NCBI RefSeq assembly: GCF_004010195.1
Contig: NC_057720.1
Coordinates: 14,412,381-14,475,302 of the forward strand
Length of the DNA stretch: 62,922 nt
From: Chiloscyllium plagiosum
Taxonomy: Eukaryota
Direction of reading: 5' to 3'
Positions 33,926-46,822 of the stretch are shown here, one piece after another (the first letter of the stretch is position 1; the number at the start of each line of letters is the position of its first letter). A model generated the notes under the pieces. That model ran no database searches. It had not been told where the DNA came from and was given only the letters and a program-made list of their open reading frames with translations. The position numbers and the translations under genes are program-made.

Positions 33926-35229
33926 GAGCTATTCTGAGAATAGATGCGTATGATCTTTTTCAAATGACAGAGAAACTGAATACTCAGTTCAACGTGGCCA
34001 TTTTTGACTGGACAACTCAAGCTGTACATAGATCCTAATCTATTTCTGTGGCCAATCTATAACCAGATGCAGCAGTTGTGCTTGACCTGACTGATCAAAG
34101 CCAATTTCCTTTTCCTCCAGTTGGTGAGCTCCACTCTATCTAGTTGCTGTCCAGCAAATAACAAATCTTATTCTCTGAGGTAAATTAAACCAGTCAGTTA
34201 ATTGAATGCTTTTGTGTTACAAACTGCCAGGTCATTCTGTACCATACACTGTAGCCTGAATCAGAGCATTGGTTCCTAACTCATAAAAATGGCCACCAAG
34301 AATCCATGAACCTCCATGACCTAATTCAGCCACAATAGTAGTGTACTGCCATTACGTACCTGCACATGTGAAGTTGGCATCATAACATCAATGCATGATC
34401 GAGCCACCTGCCATGCATGCACATTACAGTCAACAGCTTCTCCCCATGTTCCGGCACACTCCTCCACCACATTCATTTGAAATATTCAGGAAGTGTCAAG
34501 AGATTAAAGGCACTGGAGGAGGTCAGCCTGTCCTTGTCATCAGCCAAAACCCAAAATGACCAAGCTCATCCACTTTTCGACCATCTTTGCATTTTGAGGA
34601 TATGTCAATATTTGTGTTCTGCACCCATAGTTCCATTCTTGCAAATGGGAGCAATCAATGCTAGACAATAAAAATATCATTAATCTAAAACAAGGTAGTA
34701 AATAGTACATTGTGGATTATCCACACACTCCTTGCAGTTATGTTCCATCCATTCCTTGTCTACTGGCATGTGGCTTTCTCCTATGTCCTCCAGGTTTTCT
34801 CTGCAGGAGCATTTGAAATAAGTCTGGTGTATTCTATTTGCCAGTTACTTTAACCTAAGGGCAACCTCTGCTGAGGGATGTTTAAGTATGAAGTAGCTCA
34901 GACCCTTCTACAGATGTCAGTAATGCACAGAAAACCAACACAAAGTTTTCCTGGAAAAGACTGAATAGTGCCTGTTAGTATATGCATGATGCCATCTGTG
35001 TGATAGGTAGCTTCCACCCTGTCACTTGGCTGTGACCCAATACTGCAACTCTGCATTTCTGCACGATAAGTGTGCCATCTACCGGTAGCACTATCAACCA
35101 ACAATACAAGAATAAACAATCAACACTTTTTAAAACTTGGGATTTAATTTGATCAATCAATTGCTTATACGTTAATTATCTAAACTGCTTAACTCGTTAT
35201 GATGTGACTGCTTAAGTACCACGTTCCCT

Positions 35230-36005
35230 GTGGCATTTTGTCGTTAGTAAAAAGTAAGGTCCAACATGTACTTTGTCATCTCAAGGACTGAGCAATGGTC
35301 ATTCCAACCTGGACAGTCATGGAGAGCTGCATCTGTGATGAGTGTATAGGTCTAATAGTTTTTCCCCTCTTGATGGTATCCTCACCACCAGGAGCAGACA
35401 TAACCTTGTGCCTTTAGGTTTTGGTCAGTTTGGTCAATAATAATACTATGAATCCAATGCAATAGACTTCAAAGTTCCTAACCAGGAGTGCATTGTGCCC
35501 TTATCACCCTTGTGGCTGAGGGGGGACAGTAAGTGGTAATTAGGTTTCCTTGTTCACATGAAGCCATGAGAATGTGGGGTCAGGAATCAAGGCTGAATAC
35601 TCTGAGGATAACTTTCTCCTGGCTGTATACCAATGTGCTGTTGCCTCTGCTAGGTTTGTGTTCCTAGTATTAATGCTGTGACAGTGGTACTTCAGACATT
35701 GTGTACAAGGTATGATTCTGTGATCATGGCTATTGTCTACAGGGCAGTTCTCTCAGTTTTGGCACAAATCCCCAGATGTTAGTAAGATGGACAGGGCTGA
35801 TTGTCATTTCCAGTTCCTAATTGATGCTAGCTTGTCCATCCAGTTATGTTCCTTTTGACTTTTCTTCAGTAGTTTCTTCAGATACAACTCAATAGCGTGC
35901 TAGGTTTTTTTCAGATGGCAGTTAAGAGTCAAACACATTACTCTGGATTTGGTGTCACATGGAGGCCCAACCAGGTAAGGATAGTAAACTTCCTTCTCTA
36001 AAAGC
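35230..36005 (-). mobile_element. Highly decayed LINE related to 4217-8266, plus a SINE fragment
   Basis: Patchy similarity (GAGAGCTGCATCTG versus CAGATGCATCT at 4690). Confidence 0.45.
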
Positions 36006-36682
36006 TACTTCAGGTGGTATAATCCTGGTGTACCCGTACTGTAAACACTTGAATACCAGCTGCCAAGAAACACAAAACAACAATAAAGAAACATAGTAAC
36101 ATTCGTAATTAATAAGATTTGCATACTTCATGATATACATCACAAAATATGTAAATCTGTTTTGTTAACGGACTTGTAGAAATACTATTTTATGTTCTCA
36201 CAAGTTCATTACTCCATGTGAGCCATTCTAATTCATTGTCCATGACCAGGATAAGAAACAGAAGCATAAGTTTACTGTCTTCAGAAGGGTGATGTTGGAG
36301 TGTAGGTCTTTCAACAACACCAGGGTATCAAGAAAACTTAATCTTATGCCTTAAACTAAATCAACTCAGCATCAGAGGCACCACCACTGGTTTCATGATC
36401 AGGGTGTGGTGCTCTGAGAAAAGTAGAGCACTTTCTGAACAGGGATAGTGCATAATATGTGGCATTGTGGATCTACCCTACAGCACATGCACTGCAGCAG
36501 TTCAAGAAGGGAGCACATACCACTTTCTCAAGGGCAACTCAGGGTGGGCAATACCCACATCCCACAAGTGAATGATAAAAAGTAATGTGTGGCAGTTACT
36601 AGCAATCAAGGTTTCAAGCAAGCTCTCCATATTGCCCCATATCAGAAGATTCAGAGAAGCAGCTATGAGCAGCAGCCCATGC

Positions 36683-36688
<6 letters not shown>

Positions 36689-36714
<26 letters not shown>
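36689..36714. repeat. (GA)13 microsatellite
   Basis: Seen directly in the sequence. Confidence 0.98.
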
Positions 36715-37645
36715 TCAGCAAGTCAAGGGTAAGACTTTTTCTTTATTCATTCATGGGATCAGGGTGTCACTTGCTTGGCCCAAGGGATGTTAAGAATCAA
36801 TCACAATACTGTGGGTCTAGAGTCACATATAAGCCAGGCCAAGAAAGGATGGCAGTTTCCTTCCCTAAAGGACTTTATTGTCAGTGGGAACACAGGCTCT
36901 GGGGAAGGGGTGCTCACAATCATATTCAGTCACATTTCTGTGACACCCCCAGTGCTTGGGTCATGATCCACAGTTTTGAAATTGGTGCTTTATAGACTGA
37001 TATCAACAGATATCTCCATTTGATGTACAATGTTGGTGGAGGTTAACCTGTACTTTCTTTCACCAATTCACCATTGCCTGCTCCTGGCTATTGTCAGCAG
37101 ATTGTGAAGAAATCATCATTTAGGAAAGGATGACATCTCACACTTTGCATGTTTTGTCCTTTGTGTAATGTATTATTCTTTCAAAGAAATTGAAGGAAAA
37201 CATAGCATATGTATGCTGACCTGGATAAACTAACAAGTGATTTGGACAATGTCCTTAGTATATTTTAACTGTAATGATATCAGAAGGACAACTTAAGAAA
37301 TACAAATACGAATATTTCAATGTGAAGTTCTGTTAGGAGAAAGTTAACAATGGAGTCGGTAAGTGGGTCATGCAGTGTCAATTAAATTTCATGTGAATTT
37401 ACTTTTAGTGGATTGAATGGCAAAAGGAAAGACTCTTAACTCCCTCTACTGGCCAACAATAATCCTGAACTGGATCATTTCTTCAAAACAACTTTAACAA
37501 AATCCAGCTTCCATAATGATGCATTTTATTTGAATTGCATTGTCTGCCTCAGCTTTTCAGAAATCAAAGCATCCAAAATAACTCAGGAAAGGAGCATCAT
37601 TTATTGTTGAACTCCAAAATACAGCCCCTACTCATGGCGTACCTA

Positions 37646-38058
37646 GGCTTTTTCTGAACTACTAACCATCAATAAATAGGTCTGCTTTATTTTATTGTAT
37701 CTCTAGAAGAGCTATCCCACGCAGCTAAATGGTGGTTTTCAACACTATCATATCACTGAGACATTTTTTTGTTCTTTAATGACTAACCACTACCAGTCAA
37801 TATGCCTACTTTTTTTTGTCCCCTTCACTGAATCACCACAACTTTTTTTTTGGTTTTTAACTACGAGCCAACATCATTAAATTGGTCTGCTTTATTTCAT
37901 TTCTATATCTGGAAGTGCCATCCTACACAACCGAACAGCTTTATTCCATCACCAAATCACTGTGGCTTTTCTTTGATTTTATCTACTAACCTCCAGGAAA
38001 TAGGCTTGCTCTATATTTTCTTCCACACCTGGAAGTACTATCACACTCAACTGGACAA
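37646..38058. repeat. Old degenerate tandem array (3-4 units of about 100-120 bp)
   Basis: Repeated CTACTAACC..GGTCTGCTTTATTT..CTGGAAG..ATC modules. Confidence 0.65.
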
Positions 38059-38577
38059 TTTTTATACTTCCTTTGTGGGATGCAAGAGTCACTGGCTGGG
38101 CCATCATTTATTCCCCATCCCTAGTTACAGTTGAGAAGAAGATGGTGAGCTGCCTTCTGGAACCCCTGCACTCCATGTGCTGCAGTTTATTCCACAATGT
38201 CCTTATGGAGGGAACTCCAGGGTTTTGACTCAGCGACAGTGAAGGAATGATGATATATTTCGAAGTCAGGATGATGAGCAATTTGGAGGGGATCTTCCAG
38301 GTGCTGGCATTCCCATATATCGTCTGTCCTTGTACTTTTAGATGGAAGTGGTGGTGGGTTCGGAAGCTGCATCGAGGATCTTTGGTGAATTTTCAGAAGG
38401 AAACATGTCTTCCCGTGGCTTCCCTTTTCAGCATACCAAAGGTACATTTCCCTCCATGAGAACTTAGTCCATTCAACACTCCTCCCATTCCCACCACACT
38501 CTAGCACAAAAGCACAGGAGATCTGAATCACCTGTTTTTTTTAGCTCCTCTCTCCTTTCTGTGCAAGGTCCCAAACC

Positions 38578-38675
38578 TGAGTCAAAAAGTGTGGTGCTGG
38601 AAAAGCACAGCCAGTGAGGCAGTATCCAAGCAGCAGGAGAGTCGATGTTTCGAGCATAAGCCATTCATCAGGAAT
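38578..38675 (-). mobile_element. PLE 3' end with a hammerhead-like motif
   Basis: Minus strand CTGATGA-A-TGGC-TTAT-GCTC-GAAACATC. Confidence 0.8.
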
Positions 38676-39131
38676 GTATAACTTATACATTCACTGTGAT
38701 AGCCTGTTGCTGGTCAATTATTTGCTTTAGTTTTTTTTCACCAGAAACTTCTTGAAACCAGACAATTATTAGCTGTGAAGACAGTTCTGAGAAAAATAGC
38801 AAATTAATAGCAATGTATGTTGCACTATCCTGACACCTTCAATGTCAAATGACTCTCAAAAACCCTTGTTTGACAATACCTGACTAGTTGTGGATAAGTT
38901 GGTCTCATTCACACATTGATGAAGCAGCCTAACTGTGACTTGGCAACTTGTAGATGATAAGGCAGGGACTAACTCAATAGGGCATTCAAAATCTTTTCCT
39001 TTTGCACTCAGCCACCCTGGAATACCATGCATCCTGTTTTCTCAAGCAATGCAGAAGAATGGAGCAATTAAAAGGTTAACTTCTGATCCCTGTGGCTCAT
39101 GCATTTTTTTTAATGGATGAATTGTGGACAT

Positions 39132-39467
39132 TAGAATCATAGAATTCCTACAATGTGGACTCCGGCTGTTTGACCCATCAAGTCAATACCAACCCTGTGA
39201 ACAGCATCCCACCCAGACCTACTCCCCTACCCTATCCCTGTAACCCTGCATTTCCCATGGCTTACCCACCTAGCCTGCTCATCCCTGGACATTAAAGGCA
39301 ATTTAGCATGGTCAATCCGTCTAACCTGCACATTTTTGGATTGTGGGAGGAAACCAGAGCCCCCCGGACAATGGGCAAACTCTACACAGACAGTTGTCCA
39401 TGGGTGGAATCAAACCCGGGTCCCTGGCACTGTGAGGCAGCAATGCTAACCACTGAGACACTATGTC
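39132..39467 (-). mobile_element. Older HE1-type SINE
   Basis: Reverse complement of the SINE. Confidence 0.88.
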
Positions 39468-41218
39468 AAACTGTATTCTTATCCCTTTATGAGACAGCCA
39501 TGGAACAACATAGAAAATGTTTGGTTTCTGCTTGCATCCTTTGGTTTTTCAATTATGAGAATTATGCTCTCTCATTTTGATTATCCATGATTTGTATCAC
39601 CTTTATTTTGCATCTTATTACATTAAAATCAAGCTAAGAGTGAAAACTGTTGCTATGGTGTCATCCTCTTCTTAGTTTCTTTTCTATGCTACAAATTAAT
39701 TTATAATTGTTTCTCTAAGTCACTCAGAGTTTAAGCTGTGAATGATTCACGCATCTATTAATATTTATTTACACATTGTATTATTAAATCATCCATTAGC
39801 CACATTCCATTCAATTTCCCTCCTTTGTTGCTGAGTGGACCTACCCTTTCCCTCTTGTTCCTAATACATGTATTGCCATGGCCCCTTTTCGCATTCCTAA
39901 TTGCTTGTTTAGATTCTTTCCTGCTTCTTTTTATATTCCTTAAGAGCCTAGTCTGATTTCAGTTTCCTAAACCTCACATGTGCTTCCTTTTGCTTTATGA
40001 CGTAAAAACTTTTAATATTCTCGTCTAGGGTTCCTGAAGCTTGCATCCTTATCTTTCATCCTTACAGGAACACGCTGGTCTTGAGTGCTGAACAATTGGC
40101 CGTTAGAAAACTTACATGTGTCAGATGTGGATTTACCCCCAAACCGCTGCCCCCAATCTAACCCCTCCAGTTCCTATCAAACACTCTTGTAATTAGCCTT
40201 CCCCCAATTTAGCACTCTTACCCGGGGACCAGTCTTCTCCTATTAGTTAAATATATTAAAATATATGGAATTATGTTCACTGTTCACAATATGCTCCCCC
40301 AATGAATCATCAATCACTTGACCAGGCTTAGTCCACAATTCAAGGTCTCGAACAGCTCCTTCCTTAGTTGGAGTATCGACATATTGTTTCAAGAAACTCT
40401 TCTAAATGCACGAACACATTCTGCACCATTTAAGCCCCTGGCACTAAGGGAGTTCCAGTCAATGTTTGGGTACTTAAAATCACCCATTACAATAACCTTG
40501 TTGTTTTTATATCTTTTGATAAACTGCCTATGTATCTGTTCCTCAATCTCCCACTGACTGTAGGGACGCCTATCATATAGCCCCATCATACTGATTGTAC
40601 CTTGCTTATTCCTCAGTTATACTCATATGGCCTTGTTGAATGAGCCCACCAAGATGCCCTATTTCAGTGCAGCTGTGACATTCTCCTTAATCAGTAACGG
40701 GACTCCCTCATCCCTTTTACATCCATCTCTATCTCGCCTGAAACATCTAAACCCTGGTACTTTGAGTTGATTGACCTGTCCTTCACTTAACCAAGTTTCT
40801 GTCATGGCTACAGCAGATAGCTCCATGTACTAACCAGGTTCTAAGCTCACCTGCCTTACCTGTTATACCACTTGAAATACACTTCAGACCGCCAGGCCGG
40901 CTGCATTCATTAAACTGGCTCAACTTCTTCTACTTATTACCCTTACTTGACTTAACCTCTAGTTTCTCCTCAATCACTCCACATGCTGACCTTTTGCTCT
41001 TTTTCCCACTCCTCTGACACTAGTTTAAACCTCCTGAGTGGCATTGAGAAACTTTCCTGCAAGGATATCCATGCCCCTCCTTCCTGGACAGGTCTCTCCT
41101 GCCATGGAAGAGATCCCAATGACCCCGGTATCTGAAGCTCTCTCTCTCCTATACCCGCTCTTTACCCATGCATTCAAACATGTTATTTTCCTATTTCAGG
41201 CCTCACTAATGCATGACA

Positions 41219-42330
41219 TAGAGTCATAGAGATGTACAGCACGGTCCAACCCGTCCATGCCGACCAGATATCCCAACCCAATCTAGTCCCACCTGCCAGC
41301 ACCTGACCCATATCCCTCCAAACCCTTCCTATTCATATACCCATCCAAATGCCTCTTAAATGTTGCAATCGTACCAGCCTCCACCACATCCTCTGTCAGC
41401 TCATTCCATACACGCACCATCCTCCGTGTGAAAAAGTTGCCCCTTAGATCTCTTTTATATCTTTCCCCTCTCATCCTAAACCTATGCCTTCTAGTTCTGG
41501 ACTCCCCCAACTCAGGGAAAAGGCTTTCTCTATTTATCCTATCCATGTCCCTCATAGTTTTATAAACCTCTATAAGTTCACCCCTCAGCCTCCAACACTC
41601 CAGGGAAAACAGCCCCAGCCTGTTCAGCCTCTCCCTATAGCTCAAATCCTCCAATCCTGGCAACATCCTTGTAAATCACTTCTGAACTCTTACAAGTTTC
41701 ACAACATCTTTCTGATAGGAAGGAGACCGAAATTGCACACAAGATTCCAACAGTGGCCTAACCACTGTCCTGTACAGCCGCAACATGACCTCCCAACTCC
41801 TGTACTCAATATTCTGACCAATAAAGGAAAGCATACTAAACGCCTTCTTCACTATCCTATCTACCTGCTATGAACCTGCACTCCAAGGTCTCTTTGTTCA
41901 GTAACACTCCCTAGGACCTTACCATTAAGTATATAAGTCCTGCTAAGATTTGCTTTCCCAAAATGCAGCACCTCACATTTATCTGAATTAAACTTAATCT
42001 GCCACTTCTCAGCCCATTGGCCCATCTGATCAAGATCCTGTTGTAATCTGAGGTAACCTTCTTCGCTGTCCACTACACCTCCAATTTTGGTGTCATCTGC
42101 AAACTTACTAACTCTACCTCTTATGCTCACATTCAAATTATTTGTATAAATGATGAAAAGTAGAGGACTCTGCACCAATCCTTGTGGCACTCCACTTGTC
42201 ACAAGCCTCCAGTCTGAAAAATAACCCTCCACCACCACTCTCTGTCTTCTACCTTTGAGCCAGTTCTGTATCCATATGGCTTGTTCTCCCAGTATTCCAT
42301 GAGATGTAAACTTGCTAACCAGTCTCCAAT
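41219..42330 (-). mobile_element. 5'-truncated CR1 (HER1-like)
   Basis: SGVPQG, SKFADDTKIGG, RLRGELIEVYK; tail at 41219. Confidence 0.93.
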
Positions 42331-43016
42331 GGGGAGTAATCCAGAAATTACATCCCTGGAGATCCTACTTTTCAACTTTCTACCTAGCTCCTGCAGCAAT
42401 ATTATGGCTTTAAGAAATGTATTTGTCCTGATTTTTTTTTTTGGAGAGGTTTTAAGGCAAAGATACTGAGCTGTATATTCAAAGCCAATAAGGTTAACAG
42501 TGTGTGAGGCATTGGATTTATTAATGTTGGAACAATATAAGTAGCATAAATGGGTGGAGTTAGGCTCCCACAGATTCTGGGTTTTACTTCAGCTTTCAGA
42601 AGTTGTTGGGGTTTTGAAGCTGGTTATGGAAGCTGTTACTTCACTCTCTCTCTCTGCTAAACTAAAAGCTTGGGTTCTCTCCATGCTACCAGAACTGCAT
42701 GTAAGACAATCTGTTTTATTGACATTGCCTTTGCCAAGGGTGTGTTTATGGGATATTGGAACAGTTGCTGCTTAGAAGTTAAATAATCTATTATTCTGTT
42801 AAGTTTTCCAAAAGAGTTAAAGTTATTCCAATTCTTTTTTCTTTTAACCGTAGGTTAAGAATAAAGCGTGCTTTGCTTAGAGCCAAGCAGAGTAACCAAT
42901 TGAATTACATCTGGAACATAGCACTTTACACTTGTCTTTAAATAAGGTAAAAAAGTTAGAGTCTAGGCTAACTCTTTGACATATTTGAAGGGGGTTTGGT
43001 CTGGTCCATAACAAAT

Positions 43017-43034
43017 TGAATACTCGTCCAGGAT
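43017..43034 (+). promoter_or_regulatory. Degenerate tRNA-Pro primer binding site
   Basis: TGAATACTCGTCCAGGAT matches TGGGGGCTCGTCCGGGAT at 13/18 positions, 3 nt after the LTR end. Confidence 0.7.
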
Positions 43035-44917
43035 GAAAATTTCAAATTCCAGTTTGGGTTTAGGATTTATTGGACTTAAAGTGGTGAGTGTTGGAGTCCT
43101 CTTACAGGTGCTATATTCAATTTGTTTAAACAGAATGTGCCTTGTATAATAAGGGCTCTTTCAGTTGCTAAGCATTTCCTAGGGATGGAGGAAGTCACTT
43201 CGTGAGTTTACAGAAGGTAAGCAAAACTTGCAAAATTGGCAAACAAGTTGAATTTAGAGCTACTTGTGTCTGTGAGGAAAGGGGAAATAATTGCAGTGAG
43301 AACTCTCCATTTACAATTGCTGTGAGTGCAGTCAGAAACATTGGAAATGGCTGAAATTCAATTGCAAATGAAGCAGCTTGTATTAGAGGCAACGGCAAGG
43401 GAAAGAGAAAAAGAGAAAATAGCCCTCGCAGCACAAAAAGAAGAAAAGGAATTAAACCGTTTGAATTACAATTAGAAGCAAAAGAAAAAGAAAAGGAAAA
43501 AATCGCCCTGGCAGAGCAAAACCAGGAGAAGAAGGACCCAGTAGAAGAGAGGGAGAAAGAGCGAGGTTGTGAACTTCAGGAGTTGACAATGAAAGAGGAA
43601 ATTTGACTTAAAATGGCAAAGATAGAAAGTAGGAGCAGTGATGAGGGCAGTGATGTAGAACAAATCCATCATCACCAAAAGCTTAAAGTGGATCTGTTTA
43701 GAAATGTCCAAGTGTTACCAAGATTGATAAGAAGGTCATAGAAGCTTCTTACATTTCATTTGAGAAAGTGGCTAAACAAATGAAATGACCAGTGACCATG
43801 TGGGTCAAACAAAATTGGTAGGTAGAACTAGTGAGGTATTTGCATCACTATTAGAGGATATCTAGGGAGTATAAGGAAGTGAAAAAAGCCAACATAAGTG
43901 CATATGAACTTGCGTCGGAAGCCGACAGACAATGTTTTAGGAATCTAAGGAGGGAACCTGGTCAAACATACATAGAGTTTGAAAAGATCAAATTGAATAA
44001 TTTTGATGAGTGGAAAAGGACATTGAAAGTAGATCAGACATGTGGCACTCTTAGACAGACTGTTATTTTAGAGGAGTTCAAAAATTCACTTCCTGAAGTA
44101 ATGAGAACTCATTTGGAAAAACAGAATTAAAAGTGTGAGATTTGCAGCAGAAATGGCAGATGATGATGAGTTGGTTCATAACTCAAAACTTGGCTTCAAA
44201 CATCAATTTTAATCTGTAGGGGATAGAAATTGGGGAAAGTAAATTCCTCAGGTAGTAAAATAAAATGTGATCTCTTTGAAGATAGTAAAGATAGCTTACC
44301 ACAGGTTAAAATAATGGTGAAGGAGAAGTAAAAAACCTCACGTGTTTTCACTGTAATAAAGTAAAACACATGAAGTCACAGTGTTGGTGGTTTAAGAAAA
44401 GCACTAGGAAAACGGATGTGGTTAAACAAGATAAGCCAGTGAGGTTTATTAAAGTGGTTAAGGAGATCCCAGTGGAAGGTAAAAAGCTGAAAAAGAATGT
44501 ATAGCTTGGTTAAGAGCTGGTCACTAAGAAAGAATGAGATCTCTTTAAAGAACTTACTTGTGTGGGTGAGGTTTACTCATCTATACCAGCAGGAGTAGGT
44601 AAAGAAATTAAAATTTTAAGAGATACAGGAACAAGTTAATCTTTGATGGTGAGAGATGAGGAGTTATGTACTTTGTAAGGAGTACTGCCAGAAAAGGTGG
44701 TAACATGTGGAATTCATGGTGAGAAGAGCAGTGTATATAAGGTGAGGTTGGAGAGTCCGATGAAAAGTGCTGAAGTGGTGGTAGGAGTAATCGAGAAATT
44801 CTCTGTTCTGCAAAACAGTCTATTCTCAGGAATTATATGGTTGGATCACAATACGCGATGCCTACTGTGGTTGAAAAGCCAGTGGGAAGTCAGGCAACAG
44901 ATGTTACAGGACGTTGT

Positions 44918-45251
44918 GGGCGGCACGGTGGCACAGTGGTTAGCACTGCTGCCTCACAGCGCCAGAGACCCGGGTTCCATTCCCGCCTCAGGCGACTGAC
45001 TGTCTGGAGTTTGCACATTCTCCCCGTGTCTGCGTGGGTTTCCTCCGGGTGCTCCGGTTTCCTCCCACAGTCCAAAAATGTACAGGTCAGGTGAATTGGC
45101 CAAGCTAAATTGCCCGTAGTGTTAGGTGCAGGGGTAAATGTAGGGGAATGGGTCTGGGTGGGTTACTCTTCGGCGGGTCGGTGTGGACTTGTTAGGCCGA
45201 AGGGCCTGTTTCCACACTGTAAAGTAATCTATTCTAATCTAATCTAATCTA
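44918..45251 (+). mobile_element. HE1-type SINE (young, CpG-rich)
   Basis: A and B boxes; (TAATC)n tail. Confidence 0.94.
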
Positions 45252-46427
45252 TATCCTGTGCGGTAACAAGGTCACAAAGCATATATGATGTGTTAACCAC
45301 CAACCCAGTATTAGCCACACTTAATTACGCATACCATTCAAGGTGGCTATCGATGCAAGTGACATGGGTGTTGGTGCTGTACTCTTGCAAGAAGACAACG
45401 AGAAGATAGGAAGATCTATTAGCTACTTTTCCAGAAGGTTGAATAGTCATCAACAGAAATGTTCCACAATTGAGTAGGAGACGTTGAGTTTGGTGTTGGT
45501 ATTGCAACTTTTCAGCATTTATGTTACCAGTAATGTGTCTGAGACAATTGTCATAACCCTTTAATGGTTTTTTGAAAAAAAAGATTAAAAATACCAGACT
45601 GTTTCGATGGAGTTTTTTTTACAACCATTTAAATTGAAAATTATACATGTGGCAGGACAAGAGAAAGTAATTGCAGACGTGTAGTCACGACTTTGAAGAA
45701 GGAAGACAAAAGTGTTCAGTGACAGAAGAAATAGATTGAAATGGACTGTAGTATAGGATGAGAATAAAATATGCTTGGCTTAAAGCCAAGTAGTGTAACC
45801 AGTTGAACTACATGTGGAACACAGAACCTTTAAATAACATAAAAGTTTAGGTCTAGGCTATCTCCTTGATATATTGAAAGGAGTTTAGTCTGGTCCATAA
45901 TATTCCTAAATTCCCTTTGCAGGACCTCATCTCTTCCTGTGTCATTAGTAGCAACATGGACTGCAAGTTCTGGTTGCTTACCCTCCAGTTTCAAACTATC
46001 CTGTGCCCATTCAGAGACTTCTTTGACCCTGGCACTACGAACGCAACATGCCATCCATATGGTCACAGAAATGCCTATCTGTGCCCCTGACAATAAAGAC
46101 CCCTATCACTACCACTTGCCTACACTTCAACCCTCACTGCTATACAGCAATAGTGGTGCTACTGATCTGGCTGCTGCTGTTGCTTATCCCTGAGACTACC
46201 AGATTAACAGCCCCAATCAAGGAAATTATATTCTCTGAGTTCCACCTGGCTGGCCTCGTTACTGTGACTACACTTTGCATTAGTTTTCACAGTGAAAGAC
46301 ACTAGCAGCATACCAAAACTTCAAGACTGTCAAGAGCAGAGGTGATTATATTTGCCATCACTAAGGAAAAGGATGTTGGGGAAGCTGAATAGTTTGATGA
46401 TGAATAAATGACATGGACTAGATGGAG

Positions 46428-46598
46428 GTAAAAACAATGACTGCAGATGCTGGAAACCAGATTCTGGATTAGTGCTGAAAGAGCACAGCAGTTCAGGCAG
46501 CATCCAAGGAGCTTCGAAATCGACGTTTCGGGCAATGCTGAGCTGGAAGTTTAGAACTAGGGTGAGGTGGGGGAAGGGGAAATGAGGAAACTGTTGAA
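46428..46598 (-). mobile_element. PLE fragment
   Basis: Perfect 12-bp TSD GACTAGATGGAG (46416-46427, 46599-46610). Confidence 0.88.
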
Positions 46599-46717
46599 GA
46601 CTAGATGGAGCATACCTCACAGTTCTGAAGGAATTAGCTGGGGAAATTGCAGAGGCATTAATAGTGAACTTTCAGGAATCCCTGGAGTCATGGAGAGTTC
46701 CAGAGGATTGGAAAGCT

Positions 46718-46822
46718 TCTGATGAAGATTCCTGATGAAGAGCTTATGCTCGAAACATCGATTCTCCTGCTCCTTGGATGCTGCATGCCCTGCTGTATTT
46801 TTCCAGCACCACTCTCTTTGAC
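46718..46822 (+). mobile_element. PLE 3' end with a hammerhead motif (46727-46764)
   Basis: CTGATGA-A-GAGC-TTAT-GCTC-GAAACATC. Confidence 0.85.

Larger units (their letters stand above)
42392..45902 (+). mobile_element. Decayed Gmr1-like Gypsy LTR retrotransposon (5' LTR 42392-43013; partial 3' LTR about 45760-45902; IN and RT deleted)
   Basis: TG..CA LTR; PBS; gag YELASEADRQCFRNL; CFHCNKVKHMKSQC knuckle (44343-44384); ILRDTG protease; RNase H PFKVAIDASDMGVGAVLLQ; TSD CTCC/TTCC. Confidence 0.88.
39825..46200 (-). mobile_element. Old CR1 (ORF1 and ORF2 endonuclease), split by a younger CR1 and a Gypsy element
   Basis: VIVMGDFKYPNIDW (EN); ARVKEVSE..VHVATND (ORF1); pieces 39825-41218, 42331-42391 and 45903-46200 are collinear. 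Confidence 0.8.

Noticed and set aside
34352..34490. Minus-strand exon ending at the donor CAG|GTACGT
   Set aside because: No suitable acceptor before an in-frame stop; peptide not recognisable
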